Numbered from the stretch's first letter, positions 1 through 11,042 are shown. The stretch is 64,000 bases of DNA from an uncultured Pelagibacteraceae bacterium (GCA_902614905.1 CACMMN010000001.1:32827-96826), one strand, 5' to 3'. Made by a program: numbers and translations. Notes: generated by a model not told the origin, from the letters alone.

Positions 1-871
1 TTACTGTAGGGTCTGGATGAAAAAATCTAGGAAAATAAATTATAGGCTTGTCATATATCTCTAACCAAGCATTTTTATAATAAATAGTTTTTTTTGTTTT
101 ATTATGTTTTATCTCTTGAGCCTTAAATTGCCAGGGGGGACATTCATCTTTATTTTTTTTGCATGTAGTAAATACACCTTTTTTTATTACAGATATATTA
201 TTGTCACTGTATAAATAGTTACCTCTCAATCTAGGATCATTTTCCATATTTCCAAAACTACTTTTAAAAAAGTCTACTTTTACATCATCACCGATTATTT
301 CATTATTTTTAAAATCAACTATTGCATTTTGAAAAAAATATTTATTACTAATGTTGTCAGTCATATTTACGGTATCTATTTTCAATAGCTTTTGATTTAA
401 TAAAAACTGGGATTTTTCAGACGAAATTTTATTACCGTAATAATCTTTAAAAGTAGAAAAATTATCAATAATAATTTGCTTTTTAATTTTATCATAAATA
501 ATCTTCTCAGTTTCAAGTAATAATTTTTTTTCTAAATTAATTTTTACATTTTTTTTTAAAATTATTTTTTCATCGTTTCTAAAGTATATTAACTCATCAC
601 TGAAAATATCAATATTTTCCTCTAAATTTTCAACACGTATATTTCCTTTAGCGTTAATGATTTGTTTAAGTTTGTCGTAATCCATTTCATCAGCATAAAT
701 TGTCTCTTTTTTATTAAAAATTTTTATATTTTTTTTTGCAATAATTTTTTGATCTTTATCAATAAGCTCTATAGAATTTGCTTCAAAATTTACTTCTTGA
801 CTAATTGCGCTTGTTGTAAAAAAGAAATTTATTAAAAATATAAATAGTAATTTTTTCGTTTTATTTTTCAT
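1..871 (-). CDS. lptD: LPS-assembly protein LptD (OstA), 5' part only; runs off the window edge
   Basis: Not in the ORF track; translated by hand from ATG at 871: MKNKTKKLLFIFLINFFFTTSAISQEVNFEANSIEL... ending GVFTTCKKNKDECPPW...YKNAWLEIYDKPIIYFPRFFHPDPTV, typical LptD motifs; directly downstream of lptG. Confidence 0.9.
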   Translation of the reverse strand, partial: MKNKTKKLLFIFLINFFFTTSAISQEVNFEANSIELIDKDQKIIAKKNIKIFNKKETIYADEMDYDKLKQIINAKGNIRVENLEENIDIFSDELIYFRNDEKIILKKNVKINLEKKLLLETEKIIYDKIKKQIIIDNFSTFKDYYGNKISSEKSQFLLNQKLLKIDTVNMTDNISNKYFFQNAIVDFKNNEIIGDDVKVDFFKSSFGNMENDPRLRGNYLYSDNNISVIKKGVFTTCKKNKDECPPWQFKAQEIKHNKTKKTIYYKNAWLEIYDKPIIYFPRFFHPDPTV

Positions 872-1943
872 TTATTCTTATTAAGCTTATACTTGAAATT
901 AATATAATAATAACTAATGGTATCCATATTGAAATTGCTATTGGTATTTGCTCATTTTTACCCAGTTCTTCAAAGAAAAAACTTAAATAATAAATTATGA
1001 CAGAAATTAGAATCCCAAAAATAAGATGAAAGATCTTTGATTTGTTGTGCTTTATATGAATCATAATTGTAGATGCTAGCACTGTCATAATAGTTAAATA
1101 AATAGGAAATGATATTAATTTTTGAATTGCAGAATTTACCTCAGTTGATGAGTAATTTATACTCTCGTATTTCTTTCTTAAATCGTTTAATTCAAATATA
1201 TTTAGAGATGATAAATTTGAGAAAAGTGAATTCACATCTTTATAACTAAGATTAGTTTCTAAAACATAATTTTGAACATTTTCTACTTGACCTTTAAAAT
1301 TTGAAATTTGTGCATTTTTTAATATCCAGGATTTATTTTCAATTAATATTTCTTTTGAAATAATATTATTTTTAAAATTAAAATTTTCGTCGAATTGTAT
1401 AATATCAACATCAAATAATATTTTATTCTTAAATCTGTTTGCATTTATAATATTTATATTTTCAGTAACTTCATCTTTAATCCAAATTCCATTTTCAGTT
1501 ATTACAGCAAGATATTTATTATCTTTAGCATAAGAATTTTTGAGGTTAAGATAAGAAAATTTAAGACTAGATGAAAAATTATAATAAATTGTTATTATGA
1601 TTATTCCGATTAAGAAACTTAAAGTTGATAAAATTTTAATTATCTTCAAGTTATCTAACCCAAAATTTTTTAGCACAATAATTTCGTTCTGATCCATTAA
1701 TTTAATAAATGCAAATTGTGCAGTTATTAGAAATATAAATGGAAAAATATCAAAAAGAACTGATGGTATATTTAAAAATGTTAGAAATATAGGAAGCGTA
1801 ATTGATACCTTTAAATCTTTAAAAAAATTAATTTCTTCAAAAATATTTAATATAAACGCCAATGATAAAAAGACTATGAACGTTTTTAACAATGTGGAAG
1901 TAAATACTTTACTTATGTATATTTGGTATGTCTTAAATATCAT
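861..1943 (-). CDS. lptG: LPS export ABC transporter permease LptG
   Basis: YjgP/YjgQ architecture (3 TM, periplasmic domain, 3 TM); GIWIKD motif; between lptF and lptD. Confidence 0.85.
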   Translation of the reverse strand: MIFKTYQIYISKVFTSTLLKTFIVFLSLAFILNIFEEINFFKDLKVSITLPIFLTFLNIPSVLFDIFPFIFLITAQFAFIKLMDQNEIIVLKNFGLDNLKIIKILSTLSFLIGIIIITIYYNFSSSLKFSYLNLKNSYAKDNKYLAVITENGIWIKDEVTENINIINANRFKNKILFDVDIIQFDENFNFKNNIISKEILIENKSWILKNAQISNFKGQVENVQNYVLETNLSYKDVNSLFSNLSSLNIFELNDLRKKYESINYSSTEVNSAIQKLISFPIYLTIMTVLASTIMIHIKHNKSKIFHLIFGILISVIIYYLSFFFEELGKNEQIPIAISIWIPLVIIILISSISLIRINEK

Positions 1944-3070
1944 GTAGTTTTCAAATTAAGTTTTTTAACAAAAAATGTATATAATGAAAAAAATAATATA
2001 AACGGAATTGTAAATATGAGAAAACTTTCAAAAATACTTGAGGAATAAAATTTTGTAGTAATCTCTGAAACTGAAATAATAATTACACCTAATATAAAAA
2101 TTTTAAATTTATAACTAGAAAAGTTCTGTGAATTTTTTGATTTAATTAATAAAAAACCACCAATTAAGGAAAGTAAAGGTATATAGAATGGTTTGAAAAT
2201 TCTAGTAAATAATTCTTGTGATATTTTATTTTTTAGTGGTTCTGTATTTTCACAAACAAATTTAAAATTGTCTTTACCTACACTTATTTTTTTATCATTG
2301 TTAAATAAACATTTGTATAAGTCTTTTGAATTTACCTCTTGGATTTTTGGAAATTTAGTTGTTTTAGATGTATACTTAGATAAATTTATTTGTGTTTCGT
2401 TAAAATCAAAAGAATTAGTTTTTCCATCGTTAATATTTAATATTTTACCATTTACTAGAGTTAAATAATTATTATCTTTTGACTCTGAAAAATATCCTTT
2501 TTTTGCGTAAATAATTTTAGATTTTGTTTTAGAGAAAGAGTCTTTAATAATTATGTTCTCTAATGTATTTTCATATTTTTTATCTGCATAGATTGTAAGC
2601 TTTTCAACAGTGTCAATAAATTTCTTAGGCTTAACTAAAAGTGGTAGATAATCGATATTAGACTCTCGAATAAAAGATCTTGCCTTATCTTGTGCCGTTG
2701 GGACTATGTGTAAACTGAAAAGTAAATTTAATACTAAAAAAAATAAAGAATAATTAATTATCACACTTAAAAAAGTTAATTTATTTATTCCATTTGTCCA
2801 AAATATTAATGTTTGATTTTGTTCTTCATATTTAATTAAAGTAAAAAAAATTGAGAAAAAAAACATAAAAGGTAATAGCTTATTGAAAATTTTCGGTAAA
2901 CTATAGATTGTATATAAAAAATAAATTTTAAAACTGTGTCCGTCTTCTGTTACAAATTCTAGATAGTTTACAGCTTGTATTACCCAAACAATTAATGTCA
3001 CAGCGAAGCTTGATAATATAAAAAACTCTAAAGATTCTCTCAAAAAATTTTTAAAAATTATTTTTTTCAT
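1940..3070 (-). CDS. lptF: LPS export ABC transporter permease LptF
   Basis: YjgP/YjgQ family features; divergent from pepA, the classic lptFG context. Confidence 0.85.
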   Translation of the reverse strand: MKKIIFKNFLRESLEFFILSSFAVTLIVWVIQAVNYLEFVTEDGHSFKIYFLYTIYSLPKIFNKLLPFMFFFSIFFTLIKYEEQNQTLIFWTNGINKLTFLSVIINYSLFFLVLNLLFSLHIVPTAQDKARSFIRESNIDYLPLLVKPKKFIDTVEKLTIYADKKYENTLENIIIKDSFSKTKSKIIYAKKGYFSESKDNNYLTLVNGKILNINDGKTNSFDFNETQINLSKYTSKTTKFPKIQEVNSKDLYKCLFNNDKKISVGKDNFKFVCENTEPLKNKISQELFTRIFKPFYIPLLSLIGGFLLIKSKNSQNFSSYKFKIFILGVIIISVSEITTKFYSSSIFESFLIFTIPFILFFSLYTFFVKKLNLKTT

Positions 3071-3126
3071 TGAAATTTTTCAAAATAATCATATACACCT
3101 TTTGTTAGAAAATTTGAATAAAAATT

Positions 3127-4581
3127 ATGATTTTAAAAGAAAAATATACTAAATATGCAAAATTAAACAATTTATACGGATCAATTGTATTTTTTGCAAA
3201 TGAAAAGAATGAAATTAAAAATATTAATAAATTAATAAACTCTTCACAATACAATATATTTAAAAAAAATTTAAAAAATAATACAAAAAAAAAAGAAATT
3301 TTTGCATTCGACATAAGACACAATCAAAAAATTATTGTGTTAAATAAAAAAAATAATAACGAGTCTTATGTAAAATTTGGAGCTAAACTATATCAATTTT
3401 TTAAAAATGAGAGTTTAAACAAAATTCATATTTTTGGAGATACTGTTGAAGCTTCTAAAATTATAAGATGCTTACATGAACTAGTTCACGGGATGAAGTT
3501 AAAATCTTATTCTTTTAACAAATACTTAACCAAAAAAAATTCTGATATTTTGAATTTAAATATAATATCTAAAGAAAAAGTAGATTCAAAATTAATTAAA
3601 AACTTAAGTGCAATTGAAAATGGCGTAAATTTTACAAAAGATTTAGTATCTGAACCTGGTAATGTTTTACACCCTGATGAATATGCAAAACGATTAATTA
3701 ATTTAAGAAAATTAGGTTTAAAAGTCACTGTTTACAATACAGCTAAACTTAAAAAAATGAGATGTAATGCTTTACTTGGTGTAGGGCAAGGAAGTTCTAG
3801 AGGATCTTATATTGTTACAATGGAGTGGAGAGGAAACAAGAAACAAAAAAAACCTTTAGCTTTTGTAGGCAAGGGTGTTTGCTTTGATACTGGAGGGATA
3901 TCTTTAAAACCTGCTAGGTTTATGGAAGATATGACTTATGACATGGCTGGTTCAGCTGTAGTTGTTGGACTTTTAAAAAGCTTAGCTTTAAGAAAGGCAA
4001 GAGTTAATGCAGTTGGTGTAGTAGGCCTTGTAGAAAATATGGTTAGTGGTAATGCCCAAAGACCAGGTGATATTGTCAAATCTTTTAGTGGGAAAACAAT
4101 AGAAGTCTTAAATACAGACGCAGAGGGCAGGCTCGTGCTTGCAGACGCAATTACTTTTACTGAAAAAAAATTCAAACCAAATTTTATAATTGACTTAGCT
4201 ACTTTGACAGGTGCAATTGTTGTTGCCTTGGGCTCAGAATATGCAGGATTATTCTCTAATAATGATAAGTTATCTAAACAACTTCATGATGCTGGAGAAA
4301 AAACGGATGAAAAAGTTTGGAGATTACCACTGCACGAAAATTATGATAAATTAATGAATTCCAAAAATGCAGATATGCAAAACATAAATTATGTAGGTGG
4401 AGCTGGATCAACAACAGCTGCACAATTTTTACAAAGATTTATCATAAATAAAACTCCTTGGGCCCACTTAGATATTGCAGGAATGGCTTTTTCAAAATAT
4501 GCAGGCTCATTAAATTCGAGCGGTGCAACAGGATATGGCGTGAGACTTTTAGACAAGTTTGTAGAGGATAATTACGAGTAA
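3127..4581 (+). CDS. pepA: Cytosol leucyl aminopeptidase (M17)
   Basis: VGKGVCFDTGG, DMAG and NTDAEGRL motifs. Confidence 0.97.
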   Translation: MILKEKYTKYAKLNNLYGSIVFFANEKNEIKNINKLINSSQYNIFKKNLKNNTKKKEIFAFDIRHNQKIIVLNKKNNNESYVKFGAKLYQFFKNESLNKIHIFGDTVEASKIIRCLHELVHGMKLKSYSFNKYLTKKNSDILNLNIISKEKVDSKLIKNLSAIENGVNFTKDLVSEPGNVLHPDEYAKRLINLRKLGLKVTVYNTAKLKKMRCNALLGVGQGSSRGSYIVTMEWRGNKKQKKPLAFVGKGVCFDTGGISLKPARFMEDMTYDMAGSAVVVGLLKSLALRKARVNAVGVVGLVENMVSGNAQRPGDIVKSFSGKTIEVLNTDAEGRLVLADAITFTEKKFKPNFIIDLATLTGAIVVALGSEYAGLFSNNDKLSKQLHDAGEKTDEKVWRLPLHENYDKLMNSKNADMQNINYVGGAGSTTAAQFLQRFIINKTPWAHLDIAGMAFSKYAGSLNSSGATGYGVRLLDKFVEDNYE

Positions 4582-4582
4582 A

Positions 4583-4984
4583 ATGGAAGAAACATTATCT
4601 ATAATAAAACCAGACGCCATGGAAAGAAACCTCGAAGATAAAATAAAAAATATTTTCATTAAAAATAATTTCGAAATTATTAAAGAAAAGAAAGTAAAAC
4701 TTGAAAAAAAGGATGCAGAATTGTTTTATAAAGTTCATGAAACAAAACCATTTTATAATGATTTATGTAATTATTTATCATCAGGACCTGTGTTAGTGAT
4801 GGTGCTTAAAAAAGATAATGCTATCGCGGAGAATAGAAAAATTATGGGAACAACTAATCCGAAAGATGCAGATCCTGGAACAATAAGGAAAGAATTTGGT
4901 ATTTCGATTGATAAAAATTCGATACACGGCTCTGATAGTAAAGAAAATGCAGAGAAAGAAATAAGCTTTTTTTTTAAAGATTAG
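4583..4984 (+). CDS. ndk: Nucleoside diphosphate kinase
   Basis: IIKPDA, PGTIR and NSIHGSDS (catalytic His). Confidence 0.97.
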   Translation: MEETLSIIKPDAMERNLEDKIKNIFIKNNFEIIKEKKVKLEKKDAELFYKVHETKPFYNDLCNYLSSGPVLVMVLKKDNAIAENRKIMGTTNPKDADPGTIRKEFGISIDKNSIHGSDSKENAEKEISFFFKD

Positions 4985-5558
4985 ATAATATTTTATCTAT
5001 AATTTTTGGATACATTTTGTGTTCGATTTTTAAAACTTTTTTTTCAATAGATCTTTTATTGTCTTTTTTTGTTATTTTAACTTTTCTTTGACAAATTATT
5101 TTACCTGAGTCTAAAAATCTATTTACATAGTGAATTGTGCATCCAGTATATTTTTCATTATTTTCTATTACCCTTTTATGCGTATTTAAACCTTTATACT
5201 TTGGTAACAATGATGGATGAATATTGATAATTTTTCCTTTGTACGATTTAACAAAATATGCAGGTAATATTTTCATAAATCCAGCCAAACACACCAATTT
5301 AATATCATTTTTCCTTAAAATATTTAAAACTCTTTTGCCTAGTTTTTTTGATTTAGTTAAATCAACATAATAACTTTCAATTCTCATTTTTTTGGCTATT
5401 AGTAAACCTGTAGCTTTTTGTTTATTTGAAATAACCACCTTTACTTTATATAAAGTTTTATTTTTTAAAGAATATCTAACTATCGACTTTAGATTTGAAC
5501 CTCTCCCTGAAATAAAAACTGCGATATTATATTTTATCTTACCATTTGATTTTTTCAT
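4974..5558 (-). CDS. purN: Phosphoribosylglycinamide formyltransferase
   Basis: ISGRGSN, LAGFMKIL, NIHPSLLP; follows purM. Confidence 0.97.
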   Translation of the reverse strand: MKKSNGKIKYNIAVFISGRGSNLKSIVRYSLKNKTLYKVKVVISNKQKATGLLIAKKMRIESYYVDLTKSKKLGKRVLNILRKNDIKLVCLAGFMKILPAYFVKSYKGKIINIHPSLLPKYKGLNTHKRVIENNEKYTGCTIHYVNRFLDSGKIICQRKVKITKKDNKRSIEKKVLKIEHKMYPKIIDKILSNL

Positions 5559-6567
5559 TAAATAAAATTTTATTTTTTTTATCTTTAATTAATTCACCGA
5601 TCACATAAGGTTTAAACTCTTTTTTAAAATATTTTTTAACTTTATTAATATTACTTTTCTTAATAATAAAACAAAAACCAATACCGCAATTAAAAGTCTT
5701 AAGCATTTCAAAATCACTTACTCCTTTATTTTTAATCCAACTAAAAATTGGCAAAGTTTTAATTTTATCTAAATGAATATTAGCACAAATATTTTTAGGG
5801 ATAATTCTAGTTAAGTTGCCTGGCAAGCCACCACCGGTAATATGTGCACATCCATGAACAAGATTTTTTTCTAATATTTTTAATATCTCCTTTACGTAAA
5901 TCTTTGTTGGTCTCATTAACTCTTTTTTTAAATACTTGTTTTGATTTATATTTATTTTTTTTTTATTTAATATATTTCTCACTAAAGAATAACCATTTGA
6001 ATGAAGACCATTTGATGGAACTGCCATAATAATATCATTTTCTTTAATATTACTTTTTTTTAATAATTTTTTTTTCTCAACAATCCCCAAAGAAAAACCT
6101 GCAATATCAAATTTATCTTTTGAATAAGTCCCTGGCATTTCAGCTGTTTCTCCTCCAACCAAACTGCATCCACTTATTTGACATCCTTTTTGTATTCCTT
6201 TAATAATTTTTTTTAATTTTCCTAAGTTGATTTTGTCAATTGATATGTAATCTAAAAATATTAACGGTTTAGCTCCTTGAACCAATATGTCGTTAACACA
6301 CATAGCAACTAAGTCTATACCAATAGTATCGTATTTTTTAAGTTTGTTTGCTATTTCGATTTTTGTTCCAACACCGTCTGTGCTTGATACTAACAAAGGT
6401 TGTTTTAAACCTTTAGGAATACTTGTAATCGAGGCGAAACTTCCAATATTGTTGTTAATATTTCCTGATTTTTTTTTTTTATTAATGTTTGCTATATATT
6501 TTACAAAATTATCAGATGCATTTATATTTACTCCACTATTTTGATATGTAAATTTATATTTTTTCAT
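5539..6567 (-). CDS. purM: AIR synthetase (phosphoribosylformylglycinamidine cyclo-ligase)
   Basis: TDGVGTK, VAMCVND, GGETAEMP, HSNGYS, HITGGG. Confidence 0.97.
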   Translation of the reverse strand: MKKYKFTYQNSGVNINASDNFVKYIANINKKKKSGNINNNIGSFASITSIPKGLKQPLLVSSTDGVGTKIEIANKLKKYDTIGIDLVAMCVNDILVQGAKPLIFLDYISIDKINLGKLKKIIKGIQKGCQISGCSLVGGETAEMPGTYSKDKFDIAGFSLGIVEKKKLLKKSNIKENDIIMAVPSNGLHSNGYSLVRNILNKKKININQNKYLKKELMRPTKIYVKEILKILEKNLVHGCAHITGGGLPGNLTRIIPKNICANIHLDKIKTLPIFSWIKNKGVSDFEMLKTFNCGIGFCFIIKKSNINKVKKYFKKEFKPYVIGELIKDKKNKILFNEKIKW

Positions 6568-6578
6568 ATATTTAAAAT

Positions 6579-7655
6579 ATGTATACTAAAAAAAATTTTT
6601 TCAAAATTGTATCTTACATAATTATTTATTTATCCACTTTAATTTCTGTCCTCATAATTTCTACAAGTGCACAAAGTAGAATTTTTAAAATAGAGGATAT
6701 AGAAATTTATGAACCTTTTAACGCTAGTTTTAATAAGGAAATCGTAATTAATAAGGCATTCTCAACTGCATTTAATGAGCTAACTTTAAGTATTATTACA
6801 ACTAAAGATCAAAAAAAAATCAACTATACAAAGCTAGATGAAATTAAATACCTGGTTGATTCATTTGAAATCAAAAATGAGAGTTTTTTAAATAAAAAAT
6901 ATATTGCAAAATTTAATGTGAATTTTAATAAAAAAAGAACTCTTAATTACTTTGAAAAAAAAAATATTTTCCCATCCTTAAAAATGAACAAAGACTTTCT
7001 TACAATACTGATTTTTTTTGATAACGATAAAAATCAAATTTTTCTGTACGATAAAAATCCCTTTTATAAAAATTGGAATAACAATAAAGAAAAATTTTTT
7101 TTAATAAACTATGTTTTGTTAGAGGAGGACATTGAGGATCTTGAAATAATTAACAAAAATAAAGAAAATATTGAAAACTATCAGTTCGATAAAATTATAA
7201 AAAAATATGGTTTAAATGATTACATAATTTCTATTATGTTTAAAAATAACAACGAATTGCGAGTATTATCAAAGTTTTTTTTTAATGAAAATTTAAAAAT
7301 AATTAATCACAAATATAATAACTTTAATTTAAATGATGAGAGCGTATTAGATAATTTAATACTTAAAACAAAAACTAACCTAGAGGATTTATGGAAGAGT
7401 AACAACCTGATTAATACATCATTGAAGTTACCAATAAATTTACAATTGAACTCAAAAGATACTTTGAAAGCTATTAGTCTTGAAAAAGAAATGGATAAAA
7501 TTGATTTAATATATGATTACTATGTAACAAGCATTTCTAATAAAAAATTATATTATAAAATAATATTTAATGGAAGCCCAAAGCAGTTTTTAAAAATAAT
7601 GAGTGAAAAAAATATCGTAATAGATATTGACAACGGAATATGGAAAGTAAAATAA
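6579..7655 (+). CDS. Membrane-anchored hypothetical protein (DUF2066-like position between purM and hda)
   Basis: N-terminal hydrophobic segment; family suggested by synteny only. Confidence 0.6.
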   Translation: MYTKKNFFKIVSYIIIYLSTLISVLIISTSAQSRIFKIEDIEIYEPFNASFNKEIVINKAFSTAFNELTLSIITTKDQKKINYTKLDEIKYLVDSFEIKNESFLNKKYIAKFNVNFNKKRTLNYFEKKNIFPSLKMNKDFLTILIFFDNDKNQIFLYDKNPFYKNWNNNKEKFFLINYVLLEEDIEDLEIINKNKENIENYQFDKIIKKYGLNDYIISIMFKNNNELRVLSKFFFNENLKIINHKYNNFNLNDESVLDNLILKTKTNLEDLWKSNNLINTSLKLPINLQLNSKDTLKAISLEKEMDKIDLIYDYYVTSISNKKLYYKIIFNGSPKQFLKIMSEKNIVIDIDNGIWKVK

Positions 7656-8329
7656 AAGATTTAAGACAACAATTATTTAATTTCAAATTTAATAAAAGTT
7701 TTAATCAAAATGATTTTTTTGTGAGTGATAGCAATTTTTATGCTTATAATTTATTAATAAGTTGGCCTAAGTGGGAAAAAAAAATAATAAATATAAATGG
7801 TGAACGATATTCAGGAAAAACTCATTTAATTGAAATATTTTTAGAAAAAAATAAAGGCTTAGTAATAGATTTAAATAAATTTAAAAATTTTGATTTAGAA
7901 CAAGTAAGATTTAATGAAAATATAATTATAGAGAACGTAAATAATGAATTAGATGAAAATTTATTCTATTCATTAATTGACACGATTGAGAAATATAATA
8001 AATTTTTGATATTAACATCAAATAAATCATTGAATAATTTAAATTTTAAGCTTGAGGATTTAAAATCTAGATTAAAAAATTGTATTTTTGCAGAAATTCA
8101 GGAGCCTGATGATAATTTAATTAAAGCGCTTATTACTAAAAATTTAGCAGATTATCAAATAACTTTAGACGCAAAATTAGTAGACTATATATCAAAAAGA
8201 ATTACAAGGTCCTACATTAAAATAAGAGAATTTGTGTGTACAATTGATGAAATTAGTTTAAAAAAAAAAAAACCAATTAATATGAAAATTATTAAAAAAA
8301 TTTTAGAGGACAAGATTGAAAAAATATAG
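7640..8329 (+). CDS. DnaA-related AAA+ protein (Hda/HdaA-like)
   Basis: QQLFNF clamp-binding-like N-terminus, Walker A GERYSGKTHL, DLKSRL; purM-adjacent context. Confidence 0.8.
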   Translation: MESKIKDLRQQLFNFKFNKSFNQNDFFVSDSNFYAYNLLISWPKWEKKIININGERYSGKTHLIEIFLEKNKGLVIDLNKFKNFDLEQVRFNENIIIENVNNELDENLFYSLIDTIEKYNKFLILTSNKSLNNLNFKLEDLKSRLKNCIFAEIQEPDDNLIKALITKNLADYQITLDAKLVDYISKRITRSYIKIREFVCTIDEISLKKKKPINMKIIKKILEDKIEKI

Positions 8330-10103
8330 AACTCATACCTGCGGGGAATTAAACTTAAAAAATAATGACGAAAAAGTTTTGTTATCTGGGTGGATAAATA
8401 AAAAAAGAGATCATGGAAATCTATTGTTTATTGATTTAAGAGACAATTATGGGATTACGCAGTGTGTGATTGATAATAAAAATGAATTTTTCAAAAAAAT
8501 TGAAAATATACCGCTCGAAACAGTAATTCAATTTGAAGGAAAAGTTGTCAAAAGAGAAAAAGATACAATAAATAAAGAACTTAATACTGGGGAAATTGAA
8601 ATAAAAATTTCAAATTTTAAGATTTTAGGAACAACCAAAGAGTTACCCCTTCCTATTTTTTCAGATCAAGAATATTCAGAGGAGATAAGGCTAAAATATA
8701 GATATTTAGATTTGAGGAGAAGTAAAATTCATAAAAATATAAATTTAAGATCTAAAGTAATTTCCTATATTCGAAAAGAAATGGAAAATTTTGGATTTTT
8801 AGAATTCCAAACTCCAATATTGACATCATCTAGTCCTGAAGGTGCAAGAGATTTCTTGGTACCTAGCCGGCTTAATCCAGGGAAGTTTTATGCACTACCA
8901 CAAGCTCCACAACAATTTAAACAACTTATAATGATATCTGGATTTGATAAGTATTTTCAAATTGCTCCCTGTTTTAGAGATGAAGATGCCAGAGCAGACA
9001 GAAGTCCAGGTGAATTTTATCAATTAGATATTGAAATGTCTTTTATAAATCAAGAAGATATATTTAATGTTGTAGAAAATTTACTTAACAAAGTTTTCAA
9101 AAAATTTTCTACTAAAAAAATTTTAAATGAAAAGTTCCCTAAAATAAGTTTTGAAGACTCAATGCTTAAATATGGAACTGACAAACCTGATTTAAGAAAT
9201 CCTTTAGAGATATGCGACTTAACCGAAATTTTTAAAAGAGATGACGTAAAGTTTGAAATATTTAAAAAATTGGTAAAAAGTGGTTCGATTGTAAGAGCAA
9301 TAATATCAAAAAAAACAAAAGATAGGCCAAGAAGTTTTTTTGATAATATTGACAAATGGGCAAAAGATGAAGGGTCTAGTGGTCTTGCATATTTTACTTT
9401 TGAAAAGGATAATAATAAAATATCTGGCAAAGGCCCTATTGGAAAATTTTTTTCACCTGATGCATGTCAAGAGATAATGAAATTAAGTAATGCTGAAATC
9501 GGAGACAGTGTTTTCTTTGCATGTGGAAAAAAAAAGGACGTCGAGAAATTGCTATCTTCAGCCAGAGACAAAATTGCAAAAGATTTGGATATAATTGATG
9601 AAAGCATATTTGCCTTTTGTTGGATCGTTGATTATCCAATGTATGAAATAGATGAAAAATCAGGAAAAATTCAATTTAGTCACAATCCTTTTTCAATGCC
9701 ACAAGGTGATATTAGTAAATTAAATTTTAATCAGCCGCTTTCTATTAAAGCATATCAATATGACATAGTTTGCAATGGGATTGAATTATCTTCTGGAGCA
9801 ATTAGAAACCATATACCAGAATTAATGTATAAACTTTTTGCGATAGCAGGTTACGATAAAGAAAGTGTTGAAGAAAAATTTAGTGGAATGATAAATGCGT
9901 TGAGTTACGGAGCTCCACCACATGGCGGTATTGCACCTGGTATTGATAGGATCGTAATGTTATTAGCAAATGAAAAAAATATAAGAGAAATCACCATGTT
10001 TCCTCTCAATCAAAATGCACAAGATCTAATGATGAATGCACCATCGAATGTGGACAATGGCCAACTTAAAGAATTAAATATTAATATAATAAAAAAAAAG
10101 TAA
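8316..10103 (+). CDS. aspS: Aspartate--tRNA(Asp/Asn) ligase, probably non-discriminating; TTG start
   Basis: YRTHTCG, RDHG (His typical of non-discriminating enzymes), LPQAPQQFKQ, FRDED, GAPPHGGIAPG. Confidence 0.97.
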   Translation: MKKYRTHTCGELNLKNNDEKVLLSGWINKKRDHGNLLFIDLRDNYGITQCVIDNKNEFFKKIENIPLETVIQFEGKVVKREKDTINKELNTGEIEIKISNFKILGTTKELPLPIFSDQEYSEEIRLKYRYLDLRRSKIHKNINLRSKVISYIRKEMENFGFLEFQTPILTSSSPEGARDFLVPSRLNPGKFYALPQAPQQFKQLIMISGFDKYFQIAPCFRDEDARADRSPGEFYQLDIEMSFINQEDIFNVVENLLNKVFKKFSTKKILNEKFPKISFEDSMLKYGTDKPDLRNPLEICDLTEIFKRDDVKFEIFKKLVKSGSIVRAIISKKTKDRPRSFFDNIDKWAKDEGSSGLAYFTFEKDNNKISGKGPIGKFFSPDACQEIMKLSNAEIGDSVFFACGKKKDVEKLLSSARDKIAKDLDIIDESIFAFCWIVDYPMYEIDEKSGKIQFSHNPFSMPQGDISKLNFNQPLSIKAYQYDIVCNGIELSSGAIRNHIPELMYKLFAIAGYDKESVEEKFSGMINALSYGAPPHGGIAPGIDRIVMLLANEKNIREITMFPLNQNAQDLMMNAPSNVDNGQLKELNINIIKKK

Positions 10104-10937
10104 TTATTTTTTACCTTTAAGATTTATTCTTATGTCTGAAAGATCAACCAATTTTCTTTTATAATCGTTTCTTACAAAACCTTTACTTGTCATATCCTTA
10201 ACAATTTTAATAAGTTGATTATTTTCTTCTAATGCATTGTTATCATTTTCATTTATATTGTCAGACTTGCCAATCGAGGGAGTGTGAGCTAAATCCTCTC
10301 TATTTAGATATGAAATAGCTAATTCTCTAAATATATAGTCTAGTATTGAAGTTGCTGATATAATCCTATCATTTCCATAGACTTTACCAGAAGGCTCAAA
10401 TTTTGTATCGACATAGGCATTAACAAATTCATCAAGAGGAACCCCGTACTGCAAACCTAAAGATATAGCTATAGCAAAATTATTCATTAAAGCTTTCACC
10501 AGTTCACCTTCTTTACTAGTATCAATAAAAATTTCACCTATTTTGCCATCTTCATATTCGCCAGTATGTAAATAAACTTTATGATCTCCAATAGTTGCTT
10601 TTTGTATATAACCTTTACGTCTATCAGGCATGCTAAATCTTTTGTTTATAGCCTCATCTACGTTCTTTATAAAATTAGAGTTATTATTTAAATTTTTGCT
10701 TTCTAAATTTGGGATGGTTTTATCAATTTTAACTTCAGCTAGACTAGATTTATTTTTTTGTGTCGTATTTTTTTCAAGGCTCTTTGTTTTTCTTGTATCA
10801 ATCTTAACATCGATTATTTCAAATTCGCCATCATCTCTTTTCTCTAAATTATTGAGCTCTGTTTGGTTAACTTTATCCAAAAAATGTTTTACTTTAAAAG
10901 TGCAAGTATAAAACGTTTCTACTAAATATTTTGACAT
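10104..10937 (-). CDS. Stand-alone protein carrying only the C-terminal (TSCPD/NrdJb-like) region of class II ribonucleotide reductase
   Basis: [37 protein letters not shown]...[21 protein letters not shown]...[17 protein letters not shown] matches the alphaproteobacterial NrdJ tail; start re-called at ATG 10937 (track gives TTG 10982). Confidence 0.8.
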   Translation of the reverse strand: MSKYLVETFYTCTFKVKHFLDKVNQTELNNLEKRDDGEFEIIDVKIDTRKTKSLEKNTTQKNKSSLAEVKIDKTIPNLESKNLNNNSNFIKNVDEAINKRFSMPDRRKGYIQKATIGDHKVYLHTGEYEDGKIGEIFIDTSKEGELVKALMNNFAIAISLGLQYGVPLDEFVNAYVDTKFEPSGKVYGNDRIISATSILDYIFRELAISYLNREDLAHTPSIGKSDNINENDNNALEENNQLIKIVKDMTSKGFVRNDYKRKLVDLSDIRINLKGKK

Positions 10938-11042
10938 TTTTTTTAATTTATTATTTGAATCTATAAAATTATGTATATACAAATTTCATTTTTAGTCTAA
11001 TCTAAATTTTTCAATTTAAAATTGAAAAAATAATTAAATATT

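Noticed and set aside
8260-8272. A13 tract in the hda-like gene (and T12 at 6469-6480 in purM) as phase-variation sites
   Set aside because: Frames are intact, the tracts encode Lys runs in core genes, and such runs are expected at this AT content
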